This document shows, in pieces, positions 1-8,117 of a stretch of DNA of 64,000 nt. Source of the DNA: Bacteroidales bacterium (GTDB taxonomy: Bacteria; Bacteroidota; Bacteroidia; Bacteroidales; UBA3663). A program made the translations under genes and the position numbers. The first letter of the stretch is position 1, and every line of letters begins with the position of its first letter. The notes beneath the pieces are model-generated. The model was given only the letters and a program-made list of their open reading frames with translations, was not told the origin of the DNA and ran no database searches. Location: NCBI GenBank assembly GCA_045627785.1, contig JAZQOF010000004.1, forward strand, positions 53,948 through 117,947. The letters run 5' to 3'.

Positions 1-1
1 T

Positions 2-481
2 AATAGCCTGTCATACCTTTTGAAACCTATTGAAGAAGACGAACTTCGTCTTGCAATCAGAAAAACACAGGAACGACTTATTACTGATGTGAATCGTGGT
101 ATTCTCTTTCAGCAACTTACGCAAAATGCAAACTACCGTCAACGCATTATCTCAAGAAGCTACAATGGCGAAAAAGTTATTAATGTCTTTGATGTCAGTT
201 ATTTTGTCTCAGAACAGAAGAGTACATTTGCCGTTCTTTATGACGGTACTTCTCATCTGCTTGATATTTCATTAAGTGAACTTATAACCCAGCTTAATCC
301 TCATAATTTCATTCGTCCAAGCCGAAAATATATTGTACCTATCAATAACATTGATCGTTTTGAACAGGATATAAACGGTAAGGAAAGACTTATACTAAAA
401 GAAAACTCGGGTGTAGTTATAACTGTGAGCAGAGAGAAAAAACAGATGGTGCACAAAAGTCTGATGTCGATAACCAAATAA
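2..481 (+). CDS. LytTR-family response regulator, C-terminal part (5' end lies outside the window)
   Basis: The reading frame is open from the window edge (NSLSYLLKPIEEDEL...). YLLKP is the typical end of a receiver domain, and a LytTR-like DNA-binding region follows. Stop codon at 479-481. Confidence 0.7.
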   Translation, partial: NSLSYLLKPIEEDELRLAIRKTQERLITDVNRGILFQQLTQNANYRQRIISRSYNGEKVINVFDVSYFVSEQKSTFAVLYDGTSHLLDISLSELITQLNPHNFIRPSRKYIVPINNIDRFEQDINGKERLILKENSGVVITVSREKKQMVHKSLMSITK

Positions 482-483
482 TA

Positions 484-2394
484 TCATTTGATGCCGAATG
501 TCGTAGTAAGAACAACGAACTGTGTACGACGGTTGATCTGATCAGCTATTTCTTGTTTTTCTGGTTCAAGTGTAGAGATATATTCTTCGGTCAAAACCTG
601 ATCGATAGGAAAACCGTATCGCTCTGAGTATTTCTCATCGATGACAAATGGCTGTTCCTTGCCATAACCAACTGGTACTACTCGTGCCGGTTCGATACCA
701 TGGGAGATGAGATATTGGCACACAGATTCTGCTCGACGTGCCGACAAATTAAGATTGAACTCCTGAGAACCCACTCGGTCTGTGTGCGAAGAAAGTTCTA
801 TTTGCGTATATGGATTATCCTTGAGCAGAGAGACAAGTTCATCAAGACTTGGGAAACTCTCTTCTCTCAGAGTCGCTTTATTATAGTCGTAGAAAACATT
901 CTCTACAACAATCGGCTTTGAAATACAAGGCAATTGGAAGTCAACAATGTATTGAGCATCTTTTTCATCTCCGCTACTCATGAGTTGTGCCTTACGGTTA
1001 AGGTATCCGTTCTTGCCGCTCATCATTACATATTCGGTACTTCTGTCAATGCTTACCTCGTATGTCCCGTCTGGCTTTGTGACCGACTTGAAGTTCATAC
1101 CATTTCGTCCCACAACACGGACTATGGCTTCTGCTACAGGATTGTCTTCGTTGTCATAGACGGTTCCTTTGATACTAACCTTGATTGAAGGCAGTACAAA
1201 ACTATAGATCTTATCGTAACCCTTGCCATGATTACGGTTACTGCTGAACCAACCTTCCTGTTCTTCTTTTGTACTATGCATGAAAGTCATCCCGAAGTCA
1301 TCGGCTTGTGAATTGATAGGAGCAGGGAGATGTGCTACATGCCAGATACCCCATTCGTCTTCTCTGGCACTATATATGTCAAGACCACCGTATCCTTCTT
1401 TCTTTCCTTCGCTTGAGTAGTATAAGATACCTTGTGGAGACATTGTAGGGAACATCTCATCTCCTGCGGAATTGACTTCAGAACCGAGATTCTCGTATGC
1501 TCCGACTTTAGTGCCGTTGAGCGTTGCTCGCCAAATATCCAAACCTCCATATCCACCAGGTATATCACTCACGAAATATAGCCATCGTCCGTCTGGAGAG
1601 ACAGCTGGATGAGCGTAGGTATAGATTGAGTCTTTAGAGATAGTAAGTCGTTCTCCCTTTCCCCAAGAAGCCTCACTGCGACTTGAATAAAATATCTGTG
1701 GTTGGGTTGACATATCCTCACCGCCACCTGCTACCGAGAAGAACATGGTGTTGCCATCAGGAGAGAAGGATGGAGCACCTTCGTCATTGTTTGTATTAAG
1801 GGCTTCTCCGGCAGAAACAGGCTTTTGCCAAACACCATTCTCATCTTTCTTGGTTACCCATATATCGAAGTATTTTGTACCTGTTACATTGCTTTTGTCC
1901 TCACCGGTAACTTTTTCATTGTTGGTAGTATAATATAACTCTGTATCGTTTTCTCCCCAAATAGCAGGAGAGAATTCGGCTCTCGTTGTATTTACAAGAT
2001 TGAATTTCTTGATAGAATATCGGCTTGGAGAGACGTTCTTTAAAGCTGTAGTCTTCTGCTTTGTCAATGCCAATCTCATCTCGATATTTTCGATACTGTC
2101 TTTGTCACAACCATAACGCAAAGCTCGCTGATAATATGCACCAGCCTGTTGCCACCACATCAGTTCGTCGTAGCAGCAAGCCATATACCAGGCTAGTTCT
2201 CCTTTTAGCTTACGTTCTTTCTTGACATCTGTCTTTTTGTATAGTGTCTTGAACGACTGTGATGCCTTGTAATATTCACCGTTGCCATATTCATGAAGAG
2301 CCGTAGTAAGGTTGACGGTATGGCATGAATAAAGGATCAGAGTCAAAGACAATGATGATAGAAAGAATATATAGTTGCGAAGTATTTTGTGCAC
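484..2394 (-). CDS. OmpA-family lipoprotein with TolB/PD40-like beta-propeller repeats, a CarboxypepD_reg-like domain and a C-terminal OmpA peptidoglycan-binding domain
   Basis: 636-aa ORF. Lipoprotein signal (LTLILYSCH), repeated PD40-like segments (SPDG..LYF) and a C-terminal OmpA_C signature (ELSSHTDRVGSQEFNLNLSARRAESV). Confidence 0.75.
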   Translation of the reverse strand: MHKILRNYIFFLSSLSLTLILYSCHTVNLTTALHEYGNGEYYKASQSFKTLYKKTDVKKERKLKGELAWYMACCYDELMWWQQAGAYYQRALRYGCDKDSIENIEMRLALTKQKTTALKNVSPSRYSIKKFNLVNTTRAEFSPAIWGENDTELYYTTNNEKVTGEDKSNVTGTKYFDIWVTKKDENGVWQKPVSAGEALNTNNDEGAPSFSPDGNTMFFSVAGGGEDMSTQPQIFYSSRSEASWGKGERLTISKDSIYTYAHPAVSPDGRWLYFVSDIPGGYGGLDIWRATLNGTKVGAYENLGSEVNSAGDEMFPTMSPQGILYYSSEGKKEGYGGLDIYSAREDEWGIWHVAHLPAPINSQADDFGMTFMHSTKEEQEGWFSSNRNHGKGYDKIYSFVLPSIKVSIKGTVYDNEDNPVAEAIVRVVGRNGMNFKSVTKPDGTYEVSIDRSTEYVMMSGKNGYLNRKAQLMSSGDEKDAQYIVDFQLPCISKPIVVENVFYDYNKATLREESFPSLDELVSLLKDNPYTQIELSSHTDRVGSQEFNLNLSARRAESVCQYLISHGIEPARVVPVGYGKEQPFVIDEKYSERYGFPIDQVLTEEYISTLEPEKQEIADQINRRTQFVVLTTTFGIK

Positions 2395-2473
2395 AATTTA
2401 CATTATTTATATATTATATACGCCAAAACCTCGGATTTATTGTTTTCTGTTTGGCAAATATCTCAATATTCAT

Positions 2474-2481
2474 TATATTTG
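2474..2481 (+). promoter_or_regulatory. Bacteroidetes-type -7 promoter box TATATTTG upstream of the GH35 gene
   Basis: Exact match to TAnnTTTG, 25 nt upstream of the ATG at 2507. Motif only. Confidence 0.4.
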
Positions 2482-2506
2482 CGAAAAACTTAATTTTTAT
2501 TACTCA

Positions 2507-4498
2507 ATGAGACACTTAAAAACTATTCTAATCTCTTTGTTTGCATTTTGCATTGTCGGAATGAGCTATGCAAAGCCCTTGAAGCACACTTTTGAAGTAG
2601 GTAACAAAACTTTCTTACTCGACGGAAAGCCTTTTGTAGTTAAAGCTGCAGAGGTACATTATCCTCGCATTCCAAAAGAATATTGGGAGCATCGCATTCA
2701 AATGTGTAAGGCTTTAGGCATGAATGCAATCTGCATTTATATCTTCTGGAACGCTCATGAACCGGAAGAGAATGTATTTGATTTCTCTGGTAACAATGAT
2801 GTTGCTGAATTCGTTCGTCTTGCTCAGAAGAACGATATGTTTGTGATTGTTCGTCCTGGTCCATATGTTTGTGCAGAATGGGAGATGGGCGGTCTTCCTT
2901 GGTGGCTTATGAAGAAAGAAGACATCAAGCTTCGTGATCTTGACCCTTATTTCATGGAATCTGTCAAGCGTTTTGAATCCAAGGTAGCAGAACAGCTTGT
3001 TCCTCTTACTGTAGAGAATGGTGGTCCAATCATTATGGTTCAGGTTGAGAATGAATATGGATCATATGATGTCAATAAACCTTATGTAAGTGAAGTTAGA
3101 GATTGTCTCCGTAGTCTTGGCTGGGATAAGACCGTGATGTTCCAGTGCGACTGGTCAAGCAATTTCCAGCTTAATGGTTTGGACGATCTTCAGTGGACAA
3201 TGAATTTCGGTACAGGTGCTAATGTAAAGAAAGAGTTCAAGAAACTAGAAGAGCTTCGTCCGGATTCTCCAAAGATGTGTTCGGAGTTCTGGAGCGGATG
3301 GTTCGACGGTTGGGGAAGAGCACACGAGACACGTCCTGCAAAGGATATGGTCGAAGGTATTGCAACTATGCTCGACAATAATATCTCGTTCTCACTTTAC
3401 ATGACACATGGCGGTACTTCTTTCGGTCAATGGGCTGGTGCTAATGTCCCAGGATTTAAGCCTGACTGTACAAGCTATGACTATGATGCTCCAATCAACG
3501 AACAGGGTGCAGCAACACCTAAGTATTATGAACTGAGAGAATTGCTCCAGAAACACAGCGACAAGAATCTCCCTGCTGCTCCAAAAGCAAAACCAATTAT
3601 CTCTATTCCAGAGTTCACATTCACAGAGATGGCTCCAATCTTTGAGAACCTTCCTGCTTCTCAGAAATCTGAATATATTGTCTCAATGGAAGCAATGAAT
3701 CAAGGTTGGGGATCAATGATTTATTCTTGTGAATTGCCAAAGACCGATGCTCCTTCAATTCTGCATATTACCGATGTCTGTGACTTCGCTATGGTTTATG
3801 TAGATGGAGAATATATCGGTAAACTCTATCGTGGCGACAATGAAGAAGCCATAAGGATTCCTGCGACAAAGGAAGGTGCTAAGCTTGAGATCTTTGTAGA
3901 GGCAATGGGTCGTATCAACTATTCTAAGGCTATCTATGACAAGAAGGGCATCACACAGAAGGTTGAGTTGATAACAAAGGCTGGTTCGCATGACCTGACT
4001 TATTCTTTGAATAATTGGGATATTACTCTCTTGCCTTATGGTTATGATAAGGTAACAAACGTCAATTACAAGCCACTTGATCCTTACACATTGACTGTTA
4101 ATCCTCCTTCAACTCGTGTTCCTCGTAAGGCTACAGTTCGCGAAAAGGCTGGTTATTATAAGACTTCATTCAAACTCTCTAAGGTAGGCGATACATTCAT
4201 AGATATGTCTTCTTGGGGTAAGGGATTCGTTTGGGTGAATGGCCATTGTCTCGGTCGTTTCTGGAAGATCGGTCCTCAGCAGACTCTATATTGCCCAGGT
4301 TGCTGGTTGAAGAAGGGACAGAATGAAATTATTGTGATGGATATTCTTGGTCCAACAGAAGCTAAGACAGCAGGCCTTTCAGCTCCTATCCTTGATGTCT
4401 TAAACTTGGATAAAACTTCAGATGCAGTGAAGGTTGTCAAGGACAAGAAAACATCAAAGGTAGAGTATGCTGGAAATGATGCTGCTCCTGGTGCGTAA
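2507..4498 (+). CDS. Glycoside hydrolase family 35 beta-galactosidase (secreted)
   Basis: GH35 signature GGPIIMVQVENEYGSY and overall GH35 layout. I chose the ATG at 2507 (MRHLKTILISLFAFCIVGMSYA signal peptide) over the ORF-track start at 2375, which adds a non-protein-like AT-rich extension overlapping the promoter. Confidence 0.85.
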   Translation: MRHLKTILISLFAFCIVGMSYAKPLKHTFEVGNKTFLLDGKPFVVKAAEVHYPRIPKEYWEHRIQMCKALGMNAICIYIFWNAHEPEENVFDFSGNNDVAEFVRLAQKNDMFVIVRPGPYVCAEWEMGGLPWWLMKKEDIKLRDLDPYFMESVKRFESKVAEQLVPLTVENGGPIIMVQVENEYGSYDVNKPYVSEVRDCLRSLGWDKTVMFQCDWSSNFQLNGLDDLQWTMNFGTGANVKKEFKKLEELRPDSPKMCSEFWSGWFDGWGRAHETRPAKDMVEGIATMLDNNISFSLYMTHGGTSFGQWAGANVPGFKPDCTSYDYDAPINEQGAATPKYYELRELLQKHSDKNLPAAPKAKPIISIPEFTFTEMAPIFENLPASQKSEYIVSMEAMNQGWGSMIYSCELPKTDAPSILHITDVCDFAMVYVDGEYIGKLYRGDNEEAIRIPATKEGAKLEIFVEAMGRINYSKAIYDKKGITQKVELITKAGSHDLTYSLNNWDITLLPYGYDKVTNVNYKPLDPYTLTVNPPSTRVPRKATVREKAGYYKTSFKLSKVGDTFIDMSSWGKGFVWVNGHCLGRFWKIGPQQTLYCPGCWLKKGQNEIIVMDILGPTEAKTAGLSAPILDVLNLDKTSDAVKVVKDKKTSKVEYAGNDAAPGA

Positions 4499-4529
4499 TA
4501 TATATTTAATATTTCTTCTTATACTTTAA

Positions 4530-7019
4530 ATGATTACATTTCTATTATTTCTCTTCTTTGCACTGCCATTGACTTTATGTGCACAGTCTGACAATTCTTT
4601 GACTTTGCATTATAGTAAGCCTGCAAACTATTTCGAAGAGACTTTGGTGATAGGTAACGGCAATCTTGGTGCTGCTATTTATGGTGGAACGAACGAAGAT
4701 AGAATCTCGTTGAACGATGTCACTCTTTGGACTGGTGAGCCAGAAGGAGAACCATTCTCTCCTGATGCATACAAGAATATCCAGGCCATTCGTGAGGCTT
4801 TGTTTGCCGAAGACTATGCTAAGGCGAATGAGTTGAACAAGCAGATTCAAGGTCATTATAGCGAAAATTATCAGCCACTTGGTACATTGACTATCACTGA
4901 TCTTAAAGGGCATCAGGCAGCAGCTGATTATTTCCGTTCTTTGGACATCAAGAAGGCTATTGCAACTGATAAGTATTCAAAAGATGGTACTCTTTACACT
5001 AAGGAGTATTTCGCTTCTGCTCCCGATTCTGTTATTGTTATTAAACTTAAGGCAGAAGGTGGGAAAATCAATTCCCGTATCTCTTTCCATTCTCTTTTGC
5101 CTCATAGGATTCTTGCTTACAGAATGGATAACGCTAAGACGAAAGACCGTTTCCGTACACTTGACTTCGTTCCTGAAAAATCTGAAATAGGTGTTGCAGA
5201 GATGTGCATTGATGGCTATTCTGCTTTCACATCTTTGCCTGGATATTATGATGGAGAAGAAGAGAAGTTCCAATATGACGGCAAACGAGGTATTCATTTC
5301 CGTTCGCTTGTAAGAGTAATTGCTAAGGATGGTGCTGTAAAGTCTCCTTATACAGATGTTATTGATCTTGAAGATTGTTCTGAAGCAGTGATTCTCTTTA
5401 CGAACGTTACAAGCTTCAATGGACCTCATAAGGACCCTGTAACTGAAGGCCGCAAATATAAGAAAGATGCTAAGGCTCGTATGGAGGCTGCAGCAACAAA
5501 GACTTATGAAGAGCTTCTTGCAGCACATATCGAAGATTATCAGTCATTGTTCAATCGCCTTGACATTGACTTCGGACAAACAGATGCTGAGACTTTGGCT
5601 CTTGATACAGACGATCAGTTGAAGAAGAATGTAGATGATGCTACATTCAATCCGGATCTCGAAGAATTGTATTTCCAATTCGGTCGTTATCTGCTTATTT
5701 CATCTTCTCGTACAGCTGGTGTTCCTGCTAACCTGCAAGGTCTCTGGAATGAATATCTTACTCCACCTTGGAGCTCTAACTACACAACCAATATTAATGT
5801 AGAGGAGAACTATTGGCCTGCAGAAATCGCTAATCTCGGCGAACTTCAGGAAAACTCTATGATTGGTTGGATAAAGAATCTGCCAAAGAGTGGAGAGATC
5901 AGCGCTAAGAACTATTATGGTGTTCAAAAGGGTTGGAACCTCGGTCAGAACAGTGATATCTGGTGTATGACAAATCCTGTGGGTATGCGTGGAGGAGATC
6001 CTTGCTGGGCTTGTTGGACAATGGGCGGAGCATGGCTTTCTACCCACCTCTGGGAACATTATACCTTTACACTCGATAAGGAATATCTTGCATCAGTTTA
6101 TGATGTTATGAAAGGTGCTGCAGATTTCTGTCTTGAATGGATGATAGAGAAAGACGGTTATCTTATGACAGCTCCTTGTACTTCTCCGGAGAATGTTTAT
6201 GTGACAGACAAGGGTGTACATGCAGCTACGCTTTATGGAGGTTTCGCTGACATTGCCATGATCAAGGAATGTCTTCTTGATACTCGTGCAGCTGCTAAGG
6301 TTCTGGGCTATGACAAAGAATATATTGCACAGATTGATGCTGCACTGAAAAAGCTTCTTCCTTATAAGGTGGGATCTCGAGGAAACCTTCAGGAATGGTA
6401 TTATGACTGGGAAGATGAAGATTGGCAACATCGTCATCAGTCTCATCTCTTTGGACTTTTCCCAGGACATCATATTTCTTTGACAGATACTCCTGAACTT
6501 GCTAAGGCTTGTGCAAAGAGTCTTGAGATCAAAGGAGATAAGACTACAGGATGGAGCACAGGATGGCGTGTAAATCTCTTTGCACGACTTCAGGATGCTC
6601 CTCAAGCATATCATATCTATCGTAAGCTTTTGAAGTATGTTACTCCTGATGATTATCGTGGTGAAGATCGTGTGAAAGGTGGTGGTACATATCCAAATCT
6701 TCTTGACTCTCATAATCCGTTCCAGATTGATGGAAACTTTGGAGGTACTGCAGGTGTAATAGAAATGCTTGTACAGTCTTCATTCGAAAATGGAGTAACT
6801 CTTCTGCCTGCTCTTCCTGAGAATTGGAAGAAACAGGGACATCTGAATGGTGTTCGTGTGCGTGGCGGATTTGAACTTTCTTTCTCTTGGAAGAACGGAC
6901 GAATTACATCTCTTACTGCCAAGAATGTTACTTCGGAAAAGCGTAGCGTAAAGATCTCTTGCGGCAATCAGAAGTGGAATGTAAGTCTTGCTCCGGGAAA
7001 GAGTAAAAAGTGCTTATAA
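4530..7019 (+). CDS. Glycoside hydrolase family 95 alpha-L-fucosidase (alpha-1,2 type)
   Basis: 829 aa with a signal peptide. GH95-like blocks LNDVTLWTGEP, NLQGLWN, NINVEENYWPAE and FQIDGNFGGTAG. Confidence 0.85.
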   Translation: MITFLLFLFFALPLTLCAQSDNSLTLHYSKPANYFEETLVIGNGNLGAAIYGGTNEDRISLNDVTLWTGEPEGEPFSPDAYKNIQAIREALFAEDYAKANELNKQIQGHYSENYQPLGTLTITDLKGHQAAADYFRSLDIKKAIATDKYSKDGTLYTKEYFASAPDSVIVIKLKAEGGKINSRISFHSLLPHRILAYRMDNAKTKDRFRTLDFVPEKSEIGVAEMCIDGYSAFTSLPGYYDGEEEKFQYDGKRGIHFRSLVRVIAKDGAVKSPYTDVIDLEDCSEAVILFTNVTSFNGPHKDPVTEGRKYKKDAKARMEAAATKTYEELLAAHIEDYQSLFNRLDIDFGQTDAETLALDTDDQLKKNVDDATFNPDLEELYFQFGRYLLISSSRTAGVPANLQGLWNEYLTPPWSSNYTTNINVEENYWPAEIANLGELQENSMIGWIKNLPKSGEISAKNYYGVQKGWNLGQNSDIWCMTNPVGMRGGDPCWACWTMGGAWLSTHLWEHYTFTLDKEYLASVYDVMKGAADFCLEWMIEKDGYLMTAPCTSPENVYVTDKGVHAATLYGGFADIAMIKECLLDTRAAAKVLGYDKEYIAQIDAALKKLLPYKVGSRGNLQEWYYDWEDEDWQHRHQSHLFGLFPGHHISLTDTPELAKACAKSLEIKGDKTTGWSTGWRVNLFARLQDAPQAYHIYRKLLKYVTPDDYRGEDRVKGGGTYPNLLDSHNPFQIDGNFGGTAGVIEMLVQSSFENGVTLLPALPENWKKQGHLNGVRVRGGFELSFSWKNGRITSLTAKNVTSEKRSVKISCGNQKWNVSLAPGKSKKCL

Positions 7020-7037
7020 TATAAAACTTTTTTTTCG

Positions 7038-8117
7038 GTGAAATATCTGAAGTTTTTCTTTATACCCTTACTTTACCTTTTTATAGGTACATTTATTACT
7101 ATCGAACTCCTGAAGATTATTCTTAATGGGAGTTCGATAGGATATTTGACATTGCTTATTCCACTCACGGCATTTACTGTTTTGCTTACTGTGATCGGAA
7201 TAGTAAATGCTTGGGTTCAATATCGAGTATTGCGCGATGATATTCTCGTGCATAGCTATGATATTAAAGAAATGCTTTGGCTTTATCTTCGCTGCTGGCT
7301 GGTACTTGTCTGTGGAATAACTCTTTCTGTAGTATTCTACTGGTTGCACGATTTGTTACCTGACGTTATAAAGGATTTGACGGAATCTCTTTATTATCTG
7401 TTTTATTTGATCTGTGGATTCCTGACGTTTATGTCATTGCTGAGTATTATCCATAGAGAGAAACTGAACGAAATCAAGTTGCATAATACAGAGAACGAGA
7501 ATCAGTTGCTGAAGGCACAGCTGAATCCTCATTTCCTTTACAACACATTGAATAATATTGATGCACTTGTATGGATTGATCAGGAGAGAGCCTCAAAGGC
7601 TGTTACTACACTTTCTGACTTGATGCGATATCTCACATATAGCAGCAAACAAGATAAGATTTCGATTAAGGAAGAAGTTATACATTTACAACAGCTTGTG
7701 GATCTTCAGAAGCTTCGTTTGAGCAACGATAAGGCATTGACATTCGATATTGATATTGACAATGATGAAGAAAAGATCTCGCCATTAATGATGATACCTT
7801 TGGTAGAGAACTGCTTCAAACATTGTGGTAATATCAATGAAGATGATGCTGTTAAAATCTCACTTCAGTTGAAGAACGGAGAACTTGTATTCAAGACCGA
7901 TAATAATCAGAAAGACCCAGCTAAGGATAATTCTTCTGCTGAAGAAATAAAAGATAATAAAAGTACAATAATCAAATCAAAGGGTAAAAAGAAAAACAGC
8001 GGCATTGGACTCGTAGTCCTCCGTCGCCGTCTTTCACTTCTTTATAATAATCGCCACAGTTTACTCACAGAAAGTAAAGATAGGCGTTACGTTACTGTCC
8101 TTAGAATCAAACTCTGA
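7038..8117 (+). CDS. LytS/YehU-type sensor histidine kinase (membrane)
   Basis: About four N-terminal TM helices, then a His_kinase block (LKAQLNPHFLYNTLNNI) and a HATPase region (ENCFKH ... GIGL). GTG start 18 nt after the GH95 stop. Confidence 0.75.
   Translation: MKYLKFFFIPLLYLFIGTFITIELLKIILNGSSIGYLTLLIPLTAFTVLLTVIGIVNAWVQYRVLRDDILVHSYDIKEMLWLYLRCWLVLVCGITLSVVFYWLHDLLPDVIKDLTESLYYLFYLICGFLTFMSLLSIIHREKLNEIKLHNTENENQLLKAQLNPHFLYNTLNNIDALVWIDQERASKAVTTLSDLMRYLTYSSKQDKISIKEEVIHLQQLVDLQKLRLSNDKALTFDIDIDNDEEKISPLMMIPLVENCFKHCGNINEDDAVKISLQLKNGELVFKTDNNQKDPAKDNSSAEEIKDNKSTIIKSKGKKKNSGIGLVVLRRRLSLLYNNRHSLLTESKDRRYVTVLRIKL

Noticed and set aside
2375-2506. N-terminal extension of the GH35 ORF (track start at 2375)
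   Set aside because: The extension (MRSILCTIYIIYILYTPKPRIYCF...) is an AT-rich translation that covers the promoter box and overlaps the divergent OmpA-family gene start. A proper signal peptide begins at the ATG at 2507.
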